64,000 nt of DNA from Takakia lepidozioides (taxonomy: Eukaryota > Plantae > Bryophyta), in NCBI GenBank assembly GCA_030704615.1, contig CM060731.1, positions 65,658,001 through 65,722,000 of the forward strand, given 5' to 3'. Under the pieces are notes generated by a model. The model was not told where the DNA came from. It made no database searches and saw only the letters and a program-made list of their open reading frames with translations. The position numbers were made by a program, and so were the translations under genes. This document shows, piece after piece, positions 24,761 through 36,840 of this stretch (position 1 is the stretch's first letter; the number at the start of each line of letters is the position of its first letter).

Positions 24761-27008
24761 ACCTGGATGTTCCCGGCAAGCCCAGGAAAGCCACAAATGG
24801 GAGCTTATTGTAGCACATGCAACGTGCTTAGGTGTTCTGCATCATGGCTGCATCATGGTTGTTCGGGCCATTATCTTGCTGGTTTATGTACTACCATCCA
24901 TTTGTACAGTCAGACGTACGGTCCTATCAGACCAAAGAGAGGTCCTGAAGGTCCAGGTGCGTTCTCCGTCATTGGAAAATTTATTGTTGACATTTATTTA
25001 CATGAAGGGTGACTGTCTGCCAACCCACACTTTGGGTAGTTGAAGAGTGACACCCACTTTACTATAGTGGTTCAACCAGATGTGCATGACAACTACAATT
25101 TATCAAAGAGATCTGTTGCCGCTAGCTGACTGAGAACCATCCAACTTCCTGATTGCACAGGAGTCTCAACAACCTGTCTTGAATTACCCCCGATCACTTT
25201 GGAGTCCGGTGGGTTGGCCCCCATGAAAGCAGCATGGGTGATTGTAGGCATCCATTGTTACGAAGGGTACCACATGTCCTGCGAACATTGGCCGCTTCGG
25301 AAGGGATGAGGATGCGAGGTCTGACATTAAAGTGATTTAGTGGTGACAAGTTGATGCGGTTGCTGGCAGAGTCCGGGGAATTGATGAAGGGATGATTATT
25401 GGTTGGTGTCTCTTCAGCAGTTGAAATTGCTAATTGTCCAGGTTGGAATCCTCCCAACACATTAGCATCCCTATGGGTGTGCTTCATGGAGCACTCTACA
25501 ACTAGCCAACCTAATGTTGGAAAGGGGATTCGGACATACTTGGTTACAGGCCATTGAAACTGACCACGATTTTGGGTCAGCAGAAGAAGATTTCAAGCAA
25601 CTTCCATTGTGAGTGGCCACTGCCCATGATAGTTTCTTATTGTTTGAGTGTTGGGAGCACCAGCACCACATTGTAGTCTGATTTACATATTTGAGATCAG
25701 CGGGAACCAATGGGCTTGGTCCTTGCTCTCTTTGATCTCTGAAATTGAAAATGGCTTTGACTAGTTCTATACCGTCTTTTTATGTGCTAGACATGACCCA
25801 AGCTGCAAACATGAGTGGATCTTGGTTGCTATGGCTCCCAATCCAAATGCTCAGAGAAAATAATTGCATAACGATTTAACATAAAGCAACTCAGATATCA
25901 TCCCTGCCAAAGTATAAACTCTTGCTACCTACATGTGGAAAACACACATCTCAGTAATCGTGACATGCCTGTACACAAATCTATGGGTGTCCTCCATCAT
26001 CTAAGCTTTCTAGTAGTGCCTCCAAATTGCATTCAGTTTGGTGCACAATACTATGCTTGAATTCTCCGCAGAACAACAAATCTTTAGCCATCATCTCCTC
26101 TCCAAGTGGCCAACAATAGAAACTTTCTGGTCCTTACAACCACAACATCCTCCACTACTAGGGCTGTTTCAAGGAAGTCCTCAAATGTCTTACAGTAGGC
26201 AGTCTTTGTGGCTTACAAGTGCTGGAATTGTGCCTTTTGTTATAACTTTTTCTTTGGTTCAAAAGCTTCAGGGAGCGACTCTCCTAATACATTGCAGCTG
26301 TCTCAGCGCCTGCCAGCGGTGCCCTGAGTTCTGTAATCTTGATATATGGCCTAACCTGTTCTGCAGTCTGAAGTCACAGTTTCTCTTGGTCCATCCTTAC
26401 CCTCTATTGAAAGACAGTCTATGTCGTCATGCACCGAATCCCAATGCGCTTGAAGCATTCTTTCAATGCTGTTTCTTTGTGAGAACCCACATGTATCCTA
26501 CAACGCACATTCAACATTGAAAAGATCAGGTCACGAAATTGCAATTGCCCATCCTCTTCTCTCACTGCACGCTTCCTGCCATTGTCAATTTGGGATGGTG
26601 AAGCTGACGCTTTCATTCTAAGTTGTCTATGCTTGATTAACCAGATTGATTTCAGCAGGAGTACGTTGGTGGATGGGGGATCATGGAGACCTTTCCCATT
26701 GCAGGAGCACTTCAAGATGCTGACGTAAATTTATATGTTCGTTTCCTTTCCCGGGAGCTGACTGCGAAATCAAAGGCCGAGCTCAAACTCAGACGACAAC
26801 GATGCAAACTGCAGTGAACAGAAGAACAAACGCAGCACAGAACGCTTTTGAATGATTAACACCAAAATATGTGTTATGAATTTTTCTACTTGCGAAGCTT
26901 GGAATCACTCCCTCACCCACACTGCCCTTCGAAGCTACAAACCTTGCAAGAAAGTTTTTCTGCAAGATCGTCGCTACCGCTTTTGTACATTCCATCACCC
27001 GTAAAGCG

Positions 27009-27050
27009 TGCGGTGAGGGTGGATCGAACGCGGCCTTCAGATCTTCAATC
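27009..27050 (-). pseudogene. 3'-half fragment of tRNA-Phe (duplicate at 56758-56799)
   Basis: Reverse complement GATTGAAGATCTGAAGGCCGCGTTCGATCCACCCTCACCGCA aligns to the anticodon-to-3' half of tRNA-Phe. Confidence 0.75.
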
Positions 27051-28049
27051 ACGTTCATGCCACATAAGAGTCGCAAATCCAACAAAGAATAACCCTACGT
27101 CTAACTCTTTCTTTACCCAGTCCACCTTTCTGCTTAAGGCTCTAAAAGACAAGGAGAGTTGGGTATCTGAAGTTCAGTCTCCGAAATACATATTCAGGAC
27201 GCTTTGCGTCGAAAGAAGTACCATGTCAGATGCCAGTCGTGTGCAATCACTCATTCTCACTTCCTTACTGGCAGTTTAGGCTGTCCTATGGGTCCTTCCT
27301 TAGTACCTAGACAAATCCTAACTTAAACTCCTCAAGTAGCTTCAATGAAACTCATCTAGAGGGACAGTCTTGACATGAGTTAAGAAAGAGAACTTCAGAA
27401 TCTTAAAAAGATATTCTGCGGAAATTGAGCAATCTCAGGCTTTACAAATTCGACAATGCACTTCGATCCAGATGTTACACGTGAGCAATCGACATTCACT
27501 GTATTGGATATACACTTGGGCATCTACCAGAGTCAAGAATCACAAACATACATAGTTAAAGAATATCCTCACATATAGGTATCATCTCCCTCCGCTGTCT
27601 CAGATGTCCTAAGGCTCGGCAAGTTAAGAGGAGCATTGCAGTTTCATTCATGTCACTATGTCAAAAGTGTTCCTTACCTCGCAGACGCCATTCACCATGA
27701 AGCTAAAGAAAACTCCAAAAACAGCAAATCAGCAGCTGATGCAAATGGGAGAGCTCCGACATGCTCACACCCAACAATACCACCCTGCTGCTGACTGTGC
27801 CTCCTCCAATTGCAGCTCGGCCAGGCTTCATCTCCCTCCCTGGAATGTAGTCGACATCAAGTAAAATCCACGCAAAGGCAGCCCTCTGTGGGAAGAGGAG
27901 GAGGCAACAAGTCGCATTGCGGTGGGAAGAGTAGGGGACGATCCACGTCCTATGCAGCAGGAAGTAAGACCGCTGGAGTTGCTCGTTCTTCCCCAAAGCC
28001 TTGACTCATCACATTGTGAGCTCTGCAAGATCGCCCACAAGTCATGATC

Positions 28050-29310
28050 CAGGGATGGTTGCACCGCGTCATTCATGTCTGATGCCCATCGCACAGCTTC
28101 TGCTGACTAGATGATGAGTGTCGGATAGACAGCTGATGCTGAGAGATCTCCGGGCTTTGAAAGCAAAAGAGCCAGTGCCTGATCCGAGCCCCAAGAAAAA
28201 GGATAGAAAGAAAAATTCGAAGGAGAAAGATAAGGGCACCGCCCAGGGGGAAGCAGCTCAAAAGTCTCAAGGGGGATTGAAGGGGCCGAAGCTGTCTGAT
28301 CGGCCATACGAGGCCTCCCTCCCCGGCAGAGTGGTTGGTCCTCAGTTTCAACACAAAACTATCAACGAGGGCTTCCTGGTCATGATGGCGTCTCGAAGGA
28401 AAGGAGCTGGCGCGAAGAAGTCCCCTACCTGGGAAACAATGTTCTCATTCCTCACTCTGGTATTTCATTTCAGGCTACCGCCGTCTTTGTTCTCAATCAT
28501 TTCTCTTCCCTGTCTACAAGTGTTCTCAGTGGGGAATGATTTCATTGTTTCGATGTGTAGGCTGCGAAAGGGCCGTCCTGGGTGAATGGTGAGAAGAAAG
28601 CGTTTGCTTGCGAGCTTGTGGTTGTCGACATTCCCGACGGGCTGGCAGTCCCGGATGTTCCTGCGGAGAGTGGGACCCCCGCCTCAAATGTCTGGGACGA
28701 GCGACGTTGGCCATGGGTGTTCAAGTTCTGTGGGAACTTCTTAAAAGGTGAGTCTCATTTCCCTCCTTCGGCAATGTCGGTTCTGCTCAGAAGTCTGCAG
28801 GTGATCTCAATTCTTCATATTCGTTGCCCTTCTCCCAGGTTTGCATTGACGTAAGCTTGGTTTTTGTTGTCTTCCAGTGGGTTTCATGATCTGTTATGAT
28901 CAATGCAAGTGCGTTCTTCTCTTCAGCAACCTTATCCTTCTCCCAGGCTTGCGTTCACGCAAGCCTAGATTGTGTTGTCCTCCACTGAGTTGTTTGGGCT
29001 GGCTTCAATGCCCTCACCTCTATCTGCCCTTTCTTGTGTGTGCAGACTCGTGCATACGACGCACACTGTCTTGTTAGAGAGCGTCACTCATCCACACCGT
29101 CTTCCGTGAAAGAGTTCAAAGTCTTGTAAGGGGCGGAGCATGTTCACTCTACTTGCGATCCGGTGGATGATGATTTCATCTATAATTATGTGGACTCGAC
29201 CCTTACAACACGACGGTCATCTGGTGAGCCATGGAGAGGCGCAAGGGAGAAAAGTCCGGCCTTCATGCAGACTGTTATCGTCCAAGGTGGTGGATCTCAC
29301 TCTTGGAACA
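28050..29310 (+). pseudogene. Relic of a diverged paralogue of the MULE-borne MTase-fold gene
   Basis: Lys-rich linker, ELVVVDIPDGLAVPDV...WPWVFKFCGNFL, DDFIYNY...PWRGAREKSPAFMQ and VVDLTLGT parallel the peptides encoded at 45000-46300. Confidence 0.8.
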
Positions 29311-30599
29311 TGTGCTTGTTTTTTTTCTATCTGTCAGTCTTGCATTACCCAACTTTGCTTTAAATTGCATTTGTGTCTCGGTATGTAATAGACTATGAGT
29401 ATGTTGCTCTCCAAAATACCCCAACTCTAATTCATGAACATGTCGCACCAACCGTGTCCGTTGTGTGGGATGAGGCACAATCCTCTTACGACTATCCTCG
29501 TACGAATAAAAAATGCTCACAATCTTGCAGGCTCACCCGAGCAACTCATGTTCTAGCATTCCCCAAGGTATGAAATTGCTTCAATTTGACCGGGCTAGTC
29601 TTACATGCAAGTACTGCCACCCGGTATCTCTGCATTCCTATAACATTGTCTTTTACATTGCTCGATTCCCAAACACATTTGGCCCCCAGTCATCGCTATT
29701 GTCCGAACCTGGAACCGTTCTATGGCGCCCATTCACAAACTCCTGAAGTATCTACAACTCTACAAAAGAAACCTATAGTTACAAGTGTGTTACATCTGGA
29801 AAAATGTGGAAAGCTCATTGTCATTGGTCATTCTTTAATTCTTATTCTACTGTTTCAATGTTTTCACCTTTATACTGATCTATGATGTGTAAATTGAGGG
29901 AGGAAAATCTGCAAAAAAATGATTTCACACGTCAAAATAGCTTCGGAGGATGAGTATCAGCTCTATGAATGTTTTCAAGCTACATGGGGGAGGGAAGGAA
30001 TCACATGCACAAGCATTGCGCCATCCTCCTACATTTGGTCCGCTTGTCTACCCCTCTCTTGGTAGGGGCTCAACACCAACTTGTCTTAGGTCACCCGGAG
30101 TTTGGGGTAGTGCTAGTCCGTGAGCGGAAAGATTCCAATCCGTGAGCAGAAAGATTCTCACACAGTAGGATGCATGGGCCTACAACCGCGGATGAGGAAG
30201 CCCGGGAGACCTATGTCCGCGAGAATGAGTGCATACAAATATGTGGTGTAGAATTTTCTAGAATATATATTGTGTATACTTGGATGACTGTTGGATAAGT
30301 GTTGGATGAATAAAGGATGAATACTGGATGAATAATTGAAGAATGGATGAATGCAAGATCACTGTTGGATGGACATATGCATAGGGATGCATGAACAATG
30401 GATGAGTGGATGGTTAAAGGCTGGATGTATTATCGACCTATAGAAAATGAAGGAATGGAGTTGTAAATGCGGATTAAAGGAGGAGATGTTGTGCACCTAA
30501 GCATCGTGCCACAACATACATCGCTGTCCATCACACATTCTAAGCATACAATCCTAGAAAGCTATGCCACAATAGATAAGAGATGAGAAATGAGAGAAG

Positions 30600-30990
30600 T
30601 GGAAGACAATGAAAGCTCTCTAAGCATGAAGCAATCACACTAAGAACAAGCCTTAGTCCTTCCAAGTGAAATCCACTCTATCACATAAACTAAGTCAAGC
30701 CAAGGGCACCTTTGCTAAGGGAATCCACCCTACAAAACCCTCAACACACTCCCTCTCAATATCTAGAGCTATGGAGGTGAGAGAAGCTCATAGAGGCTCA
30801 ACTACAAGAAGATGAGCTCTCCACAACCCTCACAAGGGGAAAACCATCCCCATGTCCCAAGTGAGGCTTGATACCTCACTTTGCATATGAGACCAAATGA
30901 AGTCCCAAATGAAGTCCCAACACTCAAAATATAAATATAAACATCTAAAATGTCCTAGTTAACTAGAAGTAGGTAATTCTAGTTAACCAT
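30600..30990 (-). repeat. Degenerate solo LTR related to the element A LTR
   Basis: Shares AAGTCAAGCCAAG, GGGAATCCAC, GAGGCTCAACT..AGATGAGC and CCCAAAT blocks, in order, with 8768-8940. Boundaries are approximate. Confidence 0.6.
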
Positions 30991-31449
30991 GACGCAGACA
31001 AAAACTGAAAGAGAGGCACACACCGGATAAAAAAAAAACAAACCCCTCACATGGTCATTGATAACGAAACAAGGTGAATCATTCGGAAAAACAAAACTAT
31101 GAATATCCACTGCAACTGGAGTTTGCATCCGATTCTGAAGCACTACTATAGACCCTAGCCCTGCTGTGCACATTAGCCCTACGGTCGCAAAGCAGAGGAG
31201 GGGGAGATGCTTGCAGACTAAACTCTCTCGCTGCAGCCTCCGCATAGGATGGCAACTTCAGGACGGTTGGCGGACTGGGGAAGAAGTCCGGGTTGGCACA
31301 GAAAGGGAGACTCCTGGGCGTCTTAGGTCTCCTGCAAAAACGCACAGAGTTGCTAGTCAAAAAAGCATTTGGACAGCACTGTCGAGGGCAGACTCATGAA
31401 TAAAAAGCAAAGATAGAAGGATGCAAAATAGTATATGGTGTAGACTTAC

Positions 31450-31958
31450 TCACTGTCAAAATCGTCGTCAATCTCCATGTCCTCGTGATCCACCGCTACT
31501 GCCACAACCGCCTCTTTATCTGTATGTGTGCCAGAAGACGAGCCCTCGTGAAGAGGAGCTATTACTCCGCATCAGCCACAAAGGCGAACAGATGTCTTCC
31601 TGCTGCCTTGCACGCATGGAATGAGGCCCCTGCATGGAAAGAAGGCACGATGAGTGAAGACAAGGGATCGCAACTCAAGGAAGGTCGACGCAGCCAGAAT
31701 CAGATCCAAGTCGTGCAAGTGCACTGGGAGAGATCGAGATGCATGACAGGCCTGAACTTTGTGAGAAATTGTGAAGTTAACAAGGACCGCATTAGCAATT
31801 CTCGCGAGCGCAGCGTTAGCTTGTGCAGTGTGCACACTCTTTGTGGCCGCCTCATTCCACACCTTGCTTATCAGCATTGCTACGTGCCTATCCACGCCGT
31901 CATCCAATCTCTGCACGATTTGCTCCACCAAGCCCACATCCCTCAGAGCCACCTCCAT
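31450..31958 (-). CDS. Possible F-box(-LRR) gene or fragment
   Basis: LVEQIVQRLDDGVDRHVAMLISKVW resembles an F-box motif, followed by Leu-rich segments. Exon structure is unresolved. Confidence 0.45.
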
Positions 31959-32613
31959 GTTGCTGCAGATCGTTCCTTCTTGTGAGATAAAAAATTTAGG
32001 ACACCACCAATTCGACAAGGAAAACCGGAGCAAAGTTGTGCGGTCTTGGTTATAAAACAGCCATCTACTGCAACAATACGGTGCACAATGGTGCAACTCC
32101 TATTCCTCATATTAACTCATTGTCCACCATTCCGGTAGTTGCCTTTACAACACCTTTCTCTCTCAACATCACTCACCCGCTCCAGGTTAAATTGATTTAC
32201 TTGAGAATCGGTTCCTCTCTATCTATGCTCTCATCACCTTGTGCACTCTCTATGGTGTGTTGGCGGGGATGGGAGACTGAACCGGACTCGGATTCCGAGG
32301 ATGGAGATGATGGATCAACAATTCTTGAAGGAACAATCTACATCATGGATTTTGTACATACATTGAAGGTATGTGCATTGTTAAGTCAAGAATTTATACT
32401 TTTGAATCTATACTTTTCTCTACATACAAATGAATAGAATCCAATCAAGCTTGTTTTCATAGTATCCAAATTAGATTGTTGCACTTTTTTTATCAGATGG
32501 AATACAATTTTGAGATGAGGTTTTGATGTATGCATGATATGAAGTATGATGAACGCATATCAAAAAATCGACAAAATCATCAAAGAATTACAAAATTTGG
32601 TCATTACAACATG

Positions 32614-33540
32614 TGTCGTGCGCATACATATCGCTACACAACTACATCGATGTCCAAACCACACCACGCATATATGCACAATAAAGTAGTCTGCCACAAT
32701 CGCCCCCCTAGCTGGTGGATAGGTCCCTCTAACTTCAGATAGCTACAAGATGTAATAGCCACAGCCGTACTAAGTCCTCTATCACTGTCCCTATTGTACT
32801 CAAACTCTATAGACCAAGAGGCCGGTACAAGAGTAGCCCCATCGTTAGTCGCCGTCTTACAATCTGTGAACTTGAGCCATGATCTCGTATGTTCAAGGTC
32901 TCATAGTAGCTTGGCCTTGCGTTTCTTGTTAGCCTTCCATGGTTGTATCCACTCCCACTATCCAATGCAATGTGGACATAACCAATCCCCATCCGGAACC
33001 ATCTCAAGAGGTGGAGTCAAGCATCCCATATGCCAACCTCTAGAGCATCGATCACACACCAGCATGGTGGCTGCCCCTCTAGCAGACCCACACAACATGC
33101 ACCTCAAACTTGCAGATACCACTGCCAGGTTTTGGTCAATCCTGCCATCGACATTCGGAAGGTGACATGGCGCACAATTACGCACATGATCCTTCCAAGT
33201 TATGCCATCCCGACCCTCCAAGATCAAGACGCCTGAGGGCAAGACCTGCCCGTCTAACACGTCCTGCAGTCACATCCAAGGTCGTAGGAGCAGTCTGCTG
33301 CAGATAGACATAGTCACCAGGGTTGAATCTCCGAACCCCAGGACGATAACCCCCACCACGTATGGTAGCATACCTCAACGTATCACGATGTTGTGCAATG
33401 GCAAGGTTCTCGAAAGCCATGGGCATGATTTTTTTTGAACAACTCTGCACGCTGCTCACATGCACGTGCCCACACGTCCGGATCGTCAAGGTTAAGAATT
33501 GTAGCAGGATCGCCTTGTTGCCGGGTGCGCCCTCTACGCT
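32614..33540 (-). mobile_element. 3' end of a Ty3/gypsy element: integrase C-terminus, PHD finger, PPT and 85-bp LTR
   Basis: AFENLAIAQHRD...FNPGDYVYL, then C4HC3 PHD CMLC...MLVCDRC..GWHMGCL.PPL..VP.GDWLCPHC. PPT AGGGGGGCGA precedes LTR TGTGG...CGACA (32698-32614). Confidence 0.85.
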
Positions 33541-33724
33541 CTTGATCTTTACTTGTGATGGGGAATGGACAATGTTTATGTTTGCTGGAGACCACTTTAG
33601 GTTTGTACGTGACCCAACACTAACTAGTTCCAGGACGCTCAAGGGGATCAGGTCCAGAAGCTATAGTAAGCTACTGAAGCAGAGCGACCCTCCCAGCCAA
33701 CAGCCTGGAGGAGATCAAGCAAGG

Positions 33725-33781
33725 ATGACTGAACGAAATGTGATGTCGTGCAATTCATTGATCGCATGATATGCTCAGCAT
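33725..33781 (+). pseudogene. PLS-class PPR motif fragment (duplicate near 57372-57428)
   Basis: MTERNV(M/V)SCNSLIA*YAQH matches the plant PPR consensus M.ERNVVSWNALIAGYAQH. Confidence 0.6.
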
Positions 33782-33789
33782 GTTGTCAT

Positions 33790-36224
33790 AGGGAGTGCAA
33801 TGAACCAAATATCGGCGGCGTGTAGAGTGGGACATGAGCGTGGGTCATAGATGTGGTTGCTCACGCAGTACATGATACCCTGCCTCCCGAGCAATAGATG
33901 TCACCGCATCGCGAACCATATCATAAGACGTAGTGCGCTCACCACCACATGGACAGCGGAGGAGATGGATGGCAAGGTCATCGATGGACTGAAGACAGAC
34001 GCAGCGCTGAAGGCCCAATGCCGAAGGATGAGACAAACCGAGTCGAAGGCGGAGCGCAGTAGTGAAAATAGGGGATGAGAGGTGAAAAGGTGCGATAGTG
34101 GGTCGTGTTGCCAACCATGCCCCTGCTCCGGGTCCTGCGCATAATAGAAGTCGGGCTCAATGCAACTCAGAAGAAGCACTTGAGAGCATGCCGGAAAAGG
34201 AATGACGGTGTACGCACTCGGAAATGGACTCGTGAAGATGGTCGAGGCCTTGAGCAACCAACTGCTCAAATGGTGGTAGACATGCTCGCGCCAGTGCCGG
34301 AAGAAGATCTCGAGCAGAGCGGAGATGCTGCTAGAAGGGTAAAATGTCATTGTCGACATGTGTAACGGCGTCCATAAGGATGGGACGATGGTCACAGAGA
34401 AATCATGAACCGAGGGCTGGCGCCACCAACGCCCAACTGTCGATGAAAGCTGACGAGGCGGTAGTGACAGTGGACAAAAGACCCACACCACCGGAAGAGA
34501 CGGGCAGGGTGGCTTGTTGTCGTGGCAAAAGTCCCTGAGCACCCTCTAGAGCTCCTCATCCTAACAATCTCCCAAAGATAGTCATCATTGTAGTATTAAA
34601 CCGAGATAAGAGGTGTAGGAAATCTGGGCTGGGTGGAACAGTGCGCAAGAGATATGAGTGACGCTGAAGGAAACATTTGGTCAAGATTCCATATGCTACA
34701 TGTACATCTCCGAGCCTAGGAAGGAGATCGGTGTGGGTGGCATCCTGGTGGAGTGCATCGGAGTGCGTCTTCCAAGAAGGACGTTGTGAATTGGGTGGTG
34801 CCAAAAGGGACTCCCATGATTCTGATGTCATTGGGCGGAACAATGAAGTGAGCATGGAGGACAAAACAAAATGCAGGGAAACCGGACGGAGACCACACCG
34901 CACATTTGCGAGGTTGCACTGAAAAGCCCACGGCAGAGAGTTGCGTGAGTAAATGATGGTAAGCTGAAAGTACCTGTGAGGCAGGGCCTACAATGTGCGT
35001 GTCGTCTGCCATCGACGGAAAAAGACAAGATGAGTATACTTGTGCAGAAGCCGTGAGGGCGCGGACATGAGTCATGGCAAACAAAGGTCCTCGTAAAGGG
35101 TCGCCTTGGCGGGTCCCAACCTCAGACTGAATGATGGAGCACTCACCTAGGCGAGAATGATGACTGTAGTATAGGGGAGTGGTGGATGCATAGAATAATC
35201 GAACAAACGGAATGAGTTGGTGGAAATCTCCTCCGACTGAACGGAGCTCCTGAAAGATAGTCGCTCGTGACACAGTGTTGAAAGCGTTGGTGATGTCGAC
35301 CTGGAGAACCACCCAATCCGGATGAAGATCAAGAGCTGCACAAATCCCCTGAACCACCGCCTCGCAACCTCCTGGAGGGCGACCCTGAACTGGGTGTGGA
35401 AAGAGGTGTCCGGAGAAGGCATCTCGAAACTGAAGACAAAATGAGCAGCTGACAAGGCGGTAAAGAACCTCTCCAACTACGATAGGGCGGATGCCAGTAC
35501 CTGAGGGTTTGCTCATAGCCAACAATCTGGAGGCCCCAAGGAAACGGGCCACTGGGGTAGGGATACGGCCAGCAGCAATAAAGGATCAACTCTGAAATAG
35601 CTGAGAGAAGCCACTAGCAGAGCTCGGTGGAGAGAAAAAGTCGCGTAAGTGTTCATACAAGTCGAAGTCCTCGACAAAGAGCTACAAAATATCTTGAGCT
35701 GATGGGTGAAGGGCTTCGAGGGCAATGACAGTATCCGGTGATGGAGGCGCTGGTGAGGAAGGTGCTAAAGCCTTGGCCGCGGCGTGAATACTCGCCAACG
35801 CGGCCTAACATGAGACTATGACGAAGTCATATGTGGGCCGATGAGGGTGGCTGCGTGGAGGAAGCGGGAGGGGTGCGTGCCGCAAGGGCTAGTGCCCGTA
35901 ATTGATGCTCATCTTGCAGACTCTCCCAATCTCCAGATAAAAAACGGCGAAGACCCTGACTGACCGCCACGAGGGGGCAAAACCAAACACCACTAAGGAA
36001 ATAACAAGAAAAGATACCATGCTGGTATATCATCAGGATCACGAGCCAGAATATCTAAGGGCAGACGGAGTGCCAGTTGGACCTCATGACGCAGTGCCAC
36101 CGGAATTCTTGTATAAAGACGAGGCCTTGGCAGTCCTAGCTGAAATGCGCCCAGATAATCTAGCGCTGAAAGCCAATGCCATGTAGAGGCAAGAGGTGGC
36201 GCATGCAAGACACTGGGCTGAAAT
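33790..36224 (-). mobile_element. CRE/R2-group (RLE-type) non-LTR retrotransposon, RT and CCHC region
   Basis: GIRPIVVGE, QVDITNAFNTV, GTRQGDP and MADD motifs; LRLRLG followed by CVC...HLLRC..GGERT knuckle. The endonuclease end is degraded. Confidence 0.88.
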
Positions 36225-36840
36225 CAACGACGCAATGGCGTGAGCGTTGCGCGTGAGCGCGTGAGCGCGCGAGCGTACGCTCACGCAGAAGTGACGTGGC
36301 GTGAGCCTGCACACACGCTGACGTGGCGTGAGCGTCATGTCAGCATGCTGATGTGGGTAAATTGATGATGTGGCACTGTCCGTCATCTGTCACATCAGCA
36401 TTAACATGCGCCGCCTATAACCGAGGATGGTCCTATGACTGTGGAATTAATGCAGGGAATCTTGAATCATGACGAGCGTTGAGGCCTACAATTGCAGCAT
36501 CCAACATTGTGCAATTACAAATGCTTGTTTCACTTTTACAATTACGAGGACGAAAAAAATATCCTCACAAAGTGTGCGCCATAAAGGCTGCCACGGGAAG
36601 ACCTTCCTCCCTCCTCAAATAACAATGAGAGTTAGGATCATCTTCAAAAGATGATTGTAGTGCATAGCGACAGCAAGACATGTAGACTTCGAACGATGCA
36701 ATGACAAATGTGCACCTAAAAGTTGTCACTCAGAGCTCAGTCCGTATAGTTGGAGGCCATATCATTGCACCGCCGACGAATTGATGTGAATTACACATTT
36801 CAAATCATGGTCGTCCACATACCACATTGTATAGTTGATG

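Noticed and set aside
25050-27000. Several short ORFs downstream of the lipase (and their duplicates at 54800-56750)
   Set aside because: No recognisable motifs, and frames are not preserved between the two copies.
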